From an uncultured Muribaculaceae bacterium (GTDB lineage: Bacteria; Cyanobacteriota; Vampirovibrionia; Gastranaerophilales; Gastranaerophilaceae), in the NCBI GenBank assembly GCA_964469445.1, contig CAYYAL010000001.1:1-48823 (forward strand): a stretch of 48,823 nucleotides of DNA, read 5' to 3'. Under the pieces are notes generated by a model. It was not told where the DNA came from, searched no databases, and saw only the letters and a list, made by a program, of their open reading frames with translations. The position numbers and the translations under genes were made by a program. This document shows, in pieces, positions 38,010 through 46,946 of the stretch. The first letter of the stretch is position 1; every line of letters begins with the position of its first letter.

Positions 38010-38670
38010 CTGCTTGAATATCTTTTACGATTTCACCGTTTTCCAAAGTTATAACTCTCTTTTGGAAGTAATCAACCATCGCATGATCGTGAGTTGAAAT
38101 AATGACCGTAATTCCTCTTTGATTGATTTGGTCAAGTATTTGCATAACTTCCATTGAGTTTTTAGGATCTAAATTTCCTGTCGGTTCATCTGCAATTAAA
38201 AGAGGCGGGCCGTTTACGATTGCCCTTGCAATACTTACCCTCTGTTGTTCTCCACCTGATAATTCAGAAGGTTTTGCCTTCAATTTATCTGACAAACCTA
38301 CTATTTTCAATGCACCCAACACCCTTGCATTAATTTCTTTTGTGCTTATTCCCAAAGTTCTTATTACATAAGCGACATTTTCATACACAGATTGATTTTG
38401 CAAAAGTTTGTAATCTTGAAACACAATTCCCATACATCTTCTCAAATTCGGAACTTTTTCAGGAGGAAGATTTGCGATATTAATTCCACCTATCATAACC
38501 GTTCCTGAAGATGGAGTTTCTTCCTTATAAAGAAGTTTCATCAACGTTGATTTTCCTGCACCGGAAGCCCCTACCAAGAAAACAAATTCTCCCGATAAAA
38601 TATCCAAATTCACATTTTTAAGTGCGTAATTATTTTTATATTTTTTTGTTACCGATCTTAATTGTATCAT
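37996..38670 (-). CDS. ftsE: Cell division ATP-binding protein FtsE
   Basis: 224 aa. Contains GASGAGKST, LSGGEQQR and 'LIADEPTGNLD'. Confidence 0.9.
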   Translation of the reverse strand: MIQLRSVTKKYKNNYALKNVNLDILSGEFVFLVGASGAGKSTLMKLLYKEETPSSGTVMIGGINIANLPPEKVPNLRRCMGIVFQDYKLLQNQSVYENVAYVIRTLGISTKEINARVLGALKIVGLSDKLKAKPSELSGGEQQRVSIARAIVNGPPLLIADEPTGNLDPKNSMEVMQILDQINQRGITVIISTHDHAMVDYFQKRVITLENGEIVKDIQAGGYE

Positions 38671-39614
38671 TTTATTTCTTTCAAATTTTTAATAATTTTT
38701 TCTTTAAGTTTTTGTGCCGTAAGCCCATAATGTTCCATTAACAAGTTAGCATCGCCACTTTGTCCGAATTCATCATTCATGCCCAACCTTAAAACCTTTT
38801 TCGGACTTTTTTCGGAAAGAAGTTCGCAAACTGCACTTCCAATTCCACCTATTATAGAGTGATTTTCAACTGTTACAACAAGTTTTTTACCGCTTGTTTC
38901 TTTTAATATTGTATCATCATCAAGCGGTTTGACAACAGGCATGTTAATTACTTGTGCGTTAATTCCTTCTTCTTCAAGCAATTCTGCACAGTCGAGAACT
39001 TCCGCAAGCGTTTCTCCGTTTGAAATTATTGAAATATCAATTCCTTGTTTTAAAACCTTTGCCTTTAAATCAAATTTGTAATTTTCATCAAAAATTTCAA
39101 CAACATTTGAGCGTGCAACCCTTATATACATAGGCCCTTCATGACTTGCCGCATATTTTACAGCTTCTTCACATTCTTTATAATCTGCAGGAACAATTAC
39201 TGTCATATTAGGAATAGAACGCATTAGAGAGACATCTTCCAAGGCTTGGTGGGTGGCTCCGTCTTCGCCAACTGTTATTCCACCGTGTGTTCCGACTATT
39301 TTTACATTAAATTTTGAATAACAAACTCCGTTTCTTATCTGGTCGTAAGTTCTTCCTGTCGCAAATACAGCAAAGGTTGTTGCAAAAGGAATTTTTCCTT
39401 GCGATGCAAGCCCAACTGCTGTTGCGACCATATCTTGTTCTGCAATTCCCATATTAAAAAATCGTTGAGGAAATTCTTTTGCAAAAATCGCTGTTTGAGT
39501 TGAACATGAAACATCTGCATCAAGTACTACAACATTTTCATTTATATTTCCTGCCTCTACAAGCCCGTTTCCATAAGCAGAACGCATTGATTTCTTTTTA
39601 CTTCTATCTAACAT
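38667..39614 (-). CDS. Transketolase, C-terminal (pyrimidine-binding) subunit
   Basis: 315 aa. Contains 'FNMGIAEQDMV' and 'HGG.TVGEDGATHQ'. Confidence 0.9.
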   Translation of the reverse strand: MLDRSKKKSMRSAYGNGLVEAGNINENVVVLDADVSCSTQTAIFAKEFPQRFFNMGIAEQDMVATAVGLASQGKIPFATTFAVFATGRTYDQIRNGVCYSKFNVKIVGTHGGITVGEDGATHQALEDVSLMRSIPNMTVIVPADYKECEEAVKYAASHEGPMYIRVARSNVVEIFDENYKFDLKAKVLKQGIDISIISNGETLAEVLDCAELLEEEGINAQVINMPVVKPLDDDTILKETSGKKLVVTVENHSIIGGIGSAVCELLSEKSPKKVLRLGMNDEFGQSGDANLLMEHYGLTAQKLKEKIIKNLKEIK

Positions 39615-39631
39615 TTTAAACCTTTCTTATT

Positions 39632-40456
39632 TTAAGCCAATTCTTTTAAAGCTTGCTCTAACTGCTCATCATTAGGGGCTTTTCCATGCCAGCCGCATTG
39701 ATTTTCCATAAATGAAACGCCTTTACCTTTTACTGTTTTTGCAATAATTGCAGTCGGACAATCATTTTTTTTAGCTTCTTCTATTGCATTATAAATCTGT
39801 TCAATATCATGCCCGTCAATTTGAAGAACCTTCCAATTAAAGGCTTCTAGTTTTTTGTCGAGTGGATAAATATTCTTTATTTTATCGACATTTCCGTCAA
39901 TTTGTAAATTATTATTATCAATTATTGCAATTAAATTATCCAAACCTCTGTGAGGGGCATTCATAAAAGCTTCCCAACAACTGCCTTCTTGAAGTTCTCC
40001 GTCGCCCATATAACAAAATACATTTGCAGAATTTTTATCAAGTTTTAGAGCCATTGCCATTCCGCAAGCTATCGACAAACCTTGTCCCAAAGACCCTGTT
40101 GAAACTTCAATCCCTTCAAGATATTTGTTTGTAGGGTGTCCTTGAAGTCTTGAATTTATTTTTCTGAAAGTCATCAATTCTTTTTTATCAAAATACCCGC
40201 ATTCCGCAAGCACAGCATAAATTGCAGGAGAAGCATGTCCTTTTGAAAGGACAAATCTATCTCGATTACAAAATTTTGGTGATTTTTTCCAATCACAACA
40301 AGTTTGCATACATTTTTTATATAAAACTGTTAAAATCTCGACGCTGGAAAGACTTCCGCCACTGTGTCCGGAAGATGCGTTGTTTATCATTTTTAAAATA
40401 TTTCTGCGAACTTCTTTACAAGTTTCTTTTAATTCATTGATTTCTTTAATATCCAT
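39632..40456 (-). CDS. Transketolase, N-terminal (TPP-binding) subunit
   Basis: 274 aa. Contains 'SGHSGGSLS', 'SKGHASPA' and 'GDGELQEGSCWEA'. Confidence 0.9.
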   Translation of the reverse strand: MDIKEINELKETCKEVRRNILKMINNASSGHSGGSLSSVEILTVLYKKCMQTCCDWKKSPKFCNRDRFVLSKGHASPAIYAVLAECGYFDKKELMTFRKINSRLQGHPTNKYLEGIEVSTGSLGQGLSIACGMAMALKLDKNSANVFCYMGDGELQEGSCWEAFMNAPHRGLDNLIAIIDNNNLQIDGNVDKIKNIYPLDKKLEAFNWKVLQIDGHDIEQIYNAIEEAKKNDCPTAIIAKTVKGKGVSFMENQCGWHGKAPNDEQLEQALKELA

Positions 40457-40460
40457 TATA

Positions 40461-41189
40461 TTACCCCTTTGATAATAATACTTTTATAAGAAAATTCGGA
40501 AGCGTCGGAAAAATTCTCTTAAATCTTTGCGGTTCTTTAAGAGTTCTATATAACCATTCCAAATTTAATTTCTGCCAAATTTCAGGAGCCCTTTTTACCA
40601 TACCGGAAAAAACATCAAAACTTCCGCCGACACCTATCATTAAAATATTCGGCGATAGTTTTCTCACTTTTGTAATAAATTCATCTTGCTTTAAAGCCCC
40701 GAGTGCCACAAGAACTATTTTAGGGTTTGTATTTATAAGTTCTTCAACAACCCTATCTTCTTCTTCATTATTAAAATACCCGTCTTTATTATAAACAATT
40801 TTCAAATCGGCATATTTTTTAAGTAAATTTTCTTTAGCCTTTTCATTAACTTCAGGTTTCGCACCGATTAGAGCAACGGAATAAGCATTTTCATTTGCAA
40901 GCATAAGAAGTTTTGAAGCAAAATCAATTCCTGTAATTTTTTCAACATTTTCGCCCTTAATTTTAAAACCGAGTTTAATTCCAATACCATCTACAATAAC
41001 CAAATCAGCAGATTGAATTGTATTTGCATATTCGAAATTTTTTTGAGCAAGCTCTATTATTTCAGGATTGATAGTAACAATGTGTCCGCCTTTATTTTCA
41101 TCAATAAGATTTTTTGCATAATCAACGGCTTCACCGAAAGTGAATGTATCAATATTGAACCCAAGTAATTTTTTCGTGCGTCTTTGCAT
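40461..41189 (-). CDS. WecB/TagA/CpsF family glycosyltransferase
   Basis: 242 aa. Contains 'TINPEI', 'VDGIGI' and 'IGVGGSFDVFSG...RAP...Q...LEWLYR'. Confidence 0.85.
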   Translation of the reverse strand: MQRRTKKLLGFNIDTFTFGEAVDYAKNLIDENKGGHIVTINPEIIELAQKNFEYANTIQSADLVIVDGIGIKLGFKIKGENVEKITGIDFASKLLMLANENAYSVALIGAKPEVNEKAKENLLKKYADLKIVYNKDGYFNNEEEDRVVEELINTNPKIVLVALGALKQDEFITKVRKLSPNILMIGVGGSFDVFSGMVKRAPEIWQKLNLEWLYRTLKEPQRFKRIFPTLPNFLIKVLLSKG

Positions 41190-41387
41190 AAAAGTATTAT
41201 ACTAAAAAACATATAAATATGGAAATTTTTTACATAAAACAAATTTTATAAAGAAATATTTGAAATTTGAGCATGTTTGTGAGAACATTTTTATTAAGGC
41301 GAGGAAATAACTTCTAAAAGAAGTTCGATTAAAATATCAAGCCGAAAAATGTATTACTAAAATAAAAAATAAAAAAGGAAAAGAAAA

Positions 41388-43478
41388 ATGGCAAGACAAA
41401 CCCCATTGGAAAGAACAAGAAACATTGGTATTGCAGCCCACATCGATGCAGGTAAAACGACTACAACAGAACGTATTTTGTTTTATACCGGAAAAACTCA
41501 CAAATTAGGTGAAGTTCATGACGGAGCAGCAGTTACCGACTTTATGGATCAAGAAAGAGAAAGAGGAATTACTATTCAATCAGCAGCAGTAACTTCTTTC
41601 TGGAAAAATCACCAAATCAACATTATCGACACACCGGGTCACGTTGACTTCACAATTGAAGTTGAACGTTCACTTCGTGTTTTAGACGGTGTTGTTGCTG
41701 TATTTTGTGCAGTAGGCGGCGTTCAATCACAATCAGAAACCGTTTGGAGACAAGCTAATCGTTATGAAGTACCTCGTATGGTATTCGTTAATAAAATGGA
41801 TAGAACAGGTGCAAATTTCTACCGTGTAGTTGACCAAATTAAAAACAGATTGGGTGGAAATGCTGTTCCTATTCAACTCCCTATCGGAGCAGAAGACCAA
41901 ATGAAAGGTATTATCGACCTTATGACTATGAAGGCTGAAATTTATACAAACGATTTGGGAACTGATATCAAAGAAGAAGAAATTCCTGAAGATATGCTTG
42001 AAAAAGCTAAACAATACAGAGCTGAAATGATTGAAAAAATTTCCGAACATGATGATGATTTAATGTTAAAATTCTTAGAAGGCGAAGAAGCTTCTGTTGA
42101 GGAACTAAAAAAAGGCTTAAGAAAAGCCGTTTGCGACAACCAAATAGTTCCTGTAACTTGCGGTACCGCTTTTAAAAACAAAGGTGTTCAATTATTATTA
42201 GATGCTGTTGTTGATTATATGCCATCACCGCTTGATGTAAAAGCTATTGAAGGTGAATTGGAAGACGGTTCAAAAGTTGAAAGACATTCTTCTGATGAAG
42301 AACCTTTTGCAGCTTTGGCTTTCAAAGTTATGACTGACCCTTACGTCGGTAGATTAACTTTCTTGAGAGTTTATTCAGGAAAATTAACCGCGGGATCTTA
42401 CGTTTTAAATTCATCTAACGGTAAAAAAGAACGTATTTCTCGTTTAGTCCAAATGTATGCTGACCAAAGAAACGAAATTACAGAAGTATTTGCCGGAGAT
42501 ATCTGTGCAGCAGTTGGTTTGAAAGATACTACAACAGGTGAAACTTTATGCGATGAAAAAAATCCTATCATATTAGAAAAAATGACATTCCCAACACCTG
42601 TTATCTCTGTTGCTATTGAACCAAAAACAAAAGCTGACCAAGATAAAATGGGTATTGCGTTACAAAAACTTGCTGAGGAAGATCCTTCTTTCCAAGTTAA
42701 AACTGATAACGAAACAGGTCAAACAATTATTTCAGGTATGGGTGAACTTCACTTAGATATCATTGTAGACCGTATGTTAAGAGAATTTAAAGTTGACGCT
42801 AACGTTGGTAAACCTCAAGTTGCTTACCGTGAAACAATCAGAGGAAACGCTGATCAAGATTCTAAATTCATTAGACAATCAGGTGGTCGTGGTCAATATG
42901 GACACGTTAAAGTTAAAATCGAACCTGCTGAGGAAAATGCAGGATTTGTATTTGAAAACAAAATCGTCGGTGGTGCAATTCCTAAAGAATATATCGAACC
43001 TGCTCGTAAGGGTATGGAAGAAGCTCTTGAAGGTGGTATCTTAGCAGGATTCCCTGTTATAGACGTTAAAGTTACCTTATATGATGGAACTTATCACGAT
43101 GTCGACTCTTCTGAAATGGCATTTAAAATCGCAGGTTCAATGGCGATGAAAGAAGGTGTTAAAAAGGCTAGACCTTGCATCTTGGAACCTATGATGAAAG
43201 TCGAAATTGAAGTTCCTGAAGAAAACACAGGCGATATCATCGGGGATATTTCTTCTCGTAGAGGTCGTGTCGAAGGTATGGAAATGATTGAAGGAACAGG
43301 TATTCAAAAAGTTAACGCTATCGTTCCGCTTGCTGAAATGTTCGGCTATGCAACTGACATACGTTCTAAAACTCAAGGTCGTGGTACTTTCTCTATGGAA
43401 TTCAAATGCTACGAACAAGTTCCTGCTAATATTGAAACAGAAATTATTTCAAAATCAGGTACTAATAATAAAGAATAA
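41388..43478 (+). CDS. fusA: Elongation factor G
   Basis: 696 aa. Contains '[21 protein letters not shown]', 'DTPGHVDF', 'NKMDR' and 'GELHL'. Confidence 0.95.
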   Translation: MARQTPLERTRNIGIAAHIDAGKTTTTERILFYTGKTHKLGEVHDGAAVTDFMDQERERGITIQSAAVTSFWKNHQINIIDTPGHVDFTIEVERSLRVLDGVVAVFCAVGGVQSQSETVWRQANRYEVPRMVFVNKMDRTGANFYRVVDQIKNRLGGNAVPIQLPIGAEDQMKGIIDLMTMKAEIYTNDLGTDIKEEEIPEDMLEKAKQYRAEMIEKISEHDDDLMLKFLEGEEASVEELKKGLRKAVCDNQIVPVTCGTAFKNKGVQLLLDAVVDYMPSPLDVKAIEGELEDGSKVERHSSDEEPFAALAFKVMTDPYVGRLTFLRVYSGKLTAGSYVLNSSNGKKERISRLVQMYADQRNEITEVFAGDICAAVGLKDTTTGETLCDEKNPIILEKMTFPTPVISVAIEPKTKADQDKMGIALQKLAEEDPSFQVKTDNETGQTIISGMGELHLDIIVDRMLREFKVDANVGKPQVAYRETIRGNADQDSKFIRQSGGRGQYGHVKVKIEPAEENAGFVFENKIVGGAIPKEYIEPARKGMEEALEGGILAGFPVIDVKVTLYDGTYHDVDSSEMAFKIAGSMAMKEGVKKARPCILEPMMKVEIEVPEENTGDIIGDISSRRGRVEGMEMIEGTGIQKVNAIVPLAEMFGYATDIRSKTQGRGTFSMEFKCYEQVPANIETEIISKSGTNNKE

Positions 43479-43496
43479 GAAATTATTTGATTATAA

Positions 43497-43527
43497 AAAA
43501 GGGCGAAGCCTTTGGCTTCGCCCTTTT
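43497..43527 (+). terminator. Intrinsic terminator (variant of the hairpin family)
   Basis: AAAAGGGCGAAGCC-TTT-GGCTTCGCCCTTTT, a 14-bp perfect stem after fusA. Confidence 0.85.
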
Positions 43528-43629
43528 AGCTCCAATTATTTACATATCTTATAATTTTTCTTTAGACTAGCAATTTTATTTTTTAGAAAACTTATAAATT
43601 ATGTGTAATATAAGCTGAAAGGATAAAAA

Positions 43630-44103
43630 ATGCAAATTAATAAAATACAATCATTTATTAACAATTTTTCTGCAAAAGGAAAACATATCAATGAGGTTTG
43701 TAATGAATTAAAAGAAATCGGATATAATAAATTTAATTTAACGAAAGTTGAAAAAGATGTGGTAAAAATTTCTTCTGAAAATGGTAATAATAAAATTGAA
43801 GAAGTAATAGATTTTAAGCACAAAATTATGACGCAAATAGAAACCGCAAAAGCATACATTTTTAGTCTTTGTAAAAAAAATAAAGAAGTAAAAAGTGTTA
43901 TTATTGGTGATTTAAAAGGAAATATAAAAAAGTTTAAAACTACTGAAATGATATCAATTAATGATAAACCCGCTTATGAAACAACTAAAATGCAAGCCTA
44001 TTCAAAAGGTAAGACATATAAAAGAGAATTCAATATTATGGAAAATACAAAAGAATATTTTGTTAAAGAAGGTGAAAACTGGACTAAATTGTTCTCTAAA
44101 TAA
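43630..44103 (+). CDS. Hypothetical protein (157 aa)
   Basis: Open frame with AAAGGA 7 nt upstream. No signal peptide and no recognisable motif. Confidence 0.55.
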   Translation: MQINKIQSFINNFSAKGKHINEVCNELKEIGYNKFNLTKVEKDVVKISSENGNNKIEEVIDFKHKIMTQIETAKAYIFSLCKKNKEVKSVIIGDLKGNIKKFKTTEMISINDKPAYETTKMQAYSKGKTYKREFNIMENTKEYFVKEGENWTKLFSK

Positions 44104-44116
44104 AATTAACCTTTAA

Positions 44117-44147
44117 AAAAGGGCGGAGCCAAAGGCTCCGCCCTTTT
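44117..44147. terminator. Bidirectional intrinsic terminator (GGCGGAGCC hairpin family)
   Basis: AAAAGGGCGGAGCC-AAA-GGCTCCGCCCTTTT between convergent genes. Confidence 0.85.
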
Positions 44148-44161
44148 ACTTTTGTTTCTTA

Positions 44162-44383
44162 TTATTTAATTTTTAAAAGATCATCAAAATTAATTTTTAA
44201 AGCTTTTAAAATTTTTACAATGGTTGTTAATTGAGTATTTATTTTTCCATTTTCAATATTGCCTATATGTTTTGCATCGCAAATATCTGCTAAATTTGCT
44301 AACTCATCTTGAGAAAGTTTTTTTCGACTTCTTTCGGCTCTTAAATTATTTCCAAATTCAATTAAAATATCATTCTTATCCAT
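44162..44383 (-). CDS. XRE-family helix-turn-helix transcriptional regulator
   Basis: 73 aa. Contains 'LSQDELANLADICDAKHIGNIENGKINTQLTTI'. Confidence 0.85.
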   Translation of the reverse strand: MDKNDILIEFGNNLRAERSRKKLSQDELANLADICDAKHIGNIENGKINTQLTTIVKILKALKINFDDLLKIK

Positions 44384-44400
44384 AAAAATATTTTAATCCA

Positions 44401-44429
44401 TTGCTTTATAAAAACCTATGGTATATAAT
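44401..44429 (+). promoter_or_regulatory. Candidate promoter for the small + strand ORF, embedded in an inverted repeat
   Basis: TTGCTT, a 17-nt spacer, then TATAAT (44424-44429). CCTAT (44415-44419) and ATAGG (44438-44442) bracket the -10, and there is an extra CCTAT at 44430. Confidence 0.45.
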
Positions 44430-44479
44430 CCTATTTTATAGGGTTATAATACTAAAAAACAATAAAGGAGGTTGTGCTT

Positions 44480-44623
44480 ATGAATAAAAATAAAATGTGG
44501 CAATTAAAAGATTCCATAGATAAAATAGAAATTTTATTTGATGAATTACAAGATTACTTAATCGATGCAAAATATTTAATAAGACAAATACAAGCAAAAG
44601 AAGACAAAACTATAACGAAATAA
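44480..44623 (+). CDS. Small helical hypothetical protein (47 aa), not in ORF track
   Basis: AAAGGAGG lies 8 nt before the ATG. Sequence: MNKNKMWQLKDSIDKIEILFDELQDYLIDAKYLIRQIQAKEDKTITK*. It resembles the 7215-7349 ORF. Confidence 0.5.
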   Translation: MNKNKMWQLKDSIDKIEILFDELQDYLIDAKYLIRQIQAKEDKTITK

Positions 44624-44626
44624 CAT

Positions 44627-46144
44627 TTACCCCTTAAACCAACAAGCATTAAATTTCATAGCCACTTCGTGTTTTTTACAATAAGCAATCAAATCTTTTT
44701 TAACTTCCGATGCAAGGAAATACATTACAATAATATTTGGAATTGACATTGAAAAATTCATCGCATCTGTAATATCAATAACGCTTTTAACATTCAAAAC
44801 AGAACCTACAACGATTACACAACAGAAAAGGATTTGGTAAGTAACTGTTCTTTTTTTGCCTTCTCCGAACAAGAAATTCCAAGATTTTTGACCGTAATAA
44901 GACCAAGAAATAAGAGTAGATAAGGCAAAAAGCATAACAACAATTGCCAAGACATAAGGAAAGAAAGAAAATACTGATGAAAAAGCATCAGATGTCATAT
45001 CGATTCCTGAAATCCCTGTTCTGGCATTTGTATAAGCTCCTGTAATAATAATAACAGATGCGGACAACGTACATAAAATTGCGGTCATAAAAGGTTCCAT
45101 CAAAGAAACAAAACCTTGAGAAACAGGTTCATTGGTTTGAACTGTTGCATAAGCAATCGGTGCAGACCCTGTTCCTGCTTCATTTGTTTGGACAGAACGT
45201 CTTAACCCCATAATTATAGTACCTGCAATTCCACCTGCTACTGCCGTTGGGAAAAAAGCTTCTTTCACAATTGTTTTAATAAGCATTGGAATTAAAGTCC
45301 AATTAACTAAAATAACGACGATTGCAGTAAAAACATATAAAAAACACATAAAAGGAACGATTTTTTCAGTAACTTTTGCTATTGATTTAATTCCACCTAC
45401 AATAATAAGTGCAACTACAACTGCGACCGCAAGACCTATTAACCAATTTTGTCCGTAAAACCAACTGTTTTCTCCACCTGTAATTTTTATAAATTGAGTT
45501 GTAGTTTGATTAATTTGAATCATGTTTCCGCCACAAAAAGCACCGCCGATACAAAGAACTGCAAAAATTACGGCTAAAGGTTGCCCCAACCATCTTAATT
45601 TTCTTCGAGTAAGACCGTGTGCAATATAGTGCATCGGCCCACCTGAAACAGAACCATCTTCATTAAATCTTCTGTATTTTACAGCCAAAGTTGCTTCGAC
45701 AAATTTTACAGACATCGCAAATATTGAACCTGCAATAATCCAAAAAGCAGCCCCCGGGCCTCCTAAAGAAATTGCGATTGCAACTCCTGCTATGCTTCCC
45801 AAACCGATTGTTCCAGATAATGCCGTTGCCAATGCTTGAAGCGATGATACTTCCCCAGCTCCTTGTGTTTTATGTTTTGGGGAAAACAAAATATCTATTG
45901 CGTGTTTAAATCCCCAAATAGGTATCCATCTTAAATATATTGTAAAAAATAAACTCGCAATTATTATCCAAAAAATAACGATTGGAATTTCTGAACCGAA
46001 TATTTTTATCGGATAAAAAACAACCGCTGAAATGGCATCTGAAACAGGAGCGGTATATTTTTCTATCTGTGCATCTACATTTAGTGCAAAAACATTTTGA
46101 ATTGACATCAAAAATGTTAATATTGTATAAAAAATCTTTTTCAT
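44627..46144 (-). CDS. Alanine/glycine:cation symporter (AGCS family)
   Basis: 505 aa and polytopic. Contains 'GEVSSLQALATALSGTIGLGSIAGVAIAISLGGPGAAFWI'. Confidence 0.88.
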   Translation of the reverse strand: MKKIFYTILTFLMSIQNVFALNVDAQIEKYTAPVSDAISAVVFYPIKIFGSEIPIVIFWIIIASLFFTIYLRWIPIWGFKHAIDILFSPKHKTQGAGEVSSLQALATALSGTIGLGSIAGVAIAISLGGPGAAFWIIAGSIFAMSVKFVEATLAVKYRRFNEDGSVSGGPMHYIAHGLTRRKLRWLGQPLAVIFAVLCIGGAFCGGNMIQINQTTTQFIKITGGENSWFYGQNWLIGLAVAVVVALIIVGGIKSIAKVTEKIVPFMCFLYVFTAIVVILVNWTLIPMLIKTIVKEAFFPTAVAGGIAGTIIMGLRRSVQTNEAGTGSAPIAYATVQTNEPVSQGFVSLMEPFMTAILCTLSASVIIITGAYTNARTGISGIDMTSDAFSSVFSFFPYVLAIVVMLFALSTLISWSYYGQKSWNFLFGEGKKRTVTYQILFCCVIVVGSVLNVKSVIDITDAMNFSMSIPNIIVMYFLASEVKKDLIAYCKKHEVAMKFNACWFKG

Positions 46145-46307
46145 TAATCTTATTATCCTTCGGCTATATTTACTTAAAAATTATATCAAAAACAAATTTT
46201 ACATGTAAAGTTAAATACCAATTTATCTTTACAAAAACAATTTTTTGATTTATTATATTTGTAGTCGGGCAGTTATAATTTATAATTGTTTCTGCTTAGA
46301 TGGAACT

Positions 46308-46340
46308 CAAGAACGGGCAATACAGGCCGTTCTTTTATTT
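46308..46340 (+). terminator. Terminator-like hairpin in the rimP-nusA leader (possible attenuator)
   Basis: AAGAACGG (46308-46315) pairs with CCGTTCTT (46326-46333), followed by TTTATTTT, 56 nt before the rimP ATG. Confidence 0.4.
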
Positions 46341-46395
46341 TAGGAGGTTGCCAGTAAAGGCAATTTTCTAAAAAATAAGAAGTCGGGTTTAGAAT

Positions 46396-46914
46396 ATGAA
46401 ACAAGAACAAATTAACAGACACGAAATTTTAAATAAAATTACACCTTTAGTGGAAAACACTGCGATGAGGTTTAATTTAATTCCCATTGAAATTGATTTT
46501 TCAAAGGAAAATCATCGTTGGTTTTTAAGAATTTTTCTTTTTTCTTATGAAAGACCTGTAACAATTGACGATTGTGAAAATGTTACAAGAAGTATAAATG
46601 ATTTTTTGGAAGAATTAATTCCCGTTAAATATTTTCTTGAAGTTTCTTCCCCCGGATTGGACAGAAAATTTAAATCCGACAAAGAATTTTTAATTTTTAA
46701 AGGAAAAGAAATTACTCTAAAATTAAAAAAACCTCTTGAAGAAGACGGGGAAAACGGAGAAAAAGTTTTCCAAGCCATAATTGAAGATTTTGATAAAAAA
46801 GAAGGTTTAAAAATACTTCGCTCTATTGATGAAAACGAATTTATAATAAAAAGAGATAATATAATATCGGCAAAATTATTTTTTGATGAAAAAAAGATTG
46901 AAGATAAACAATAA
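46396..46914 (+). CDS. rimP: Ribosome maturation factor RimP
   Basis: 172 aa. Contains 'LEVSSPGLDRKF'. It lies directly upstream of nusA. Confidence 0.85.
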   Translation: MKQEQINRHEILNKITPLVENTAMRFNLIPIEIDFSKENHRWFLRIFLFSYERPVTIDDCENVTRSINDFLEELIPVKYFLEVSSPGLDRKFKSDKEFLIFKGKEITLKLKKPLEEDGENGEKVFQAIIEDFDKKEGLKILRSIDENEFIIKRDNIISAKLFFDEKKIEDKQ

Positions 46915-46946
46915 GAAAGGGCAGTTTTAACTGTTTAGGTACAAAA

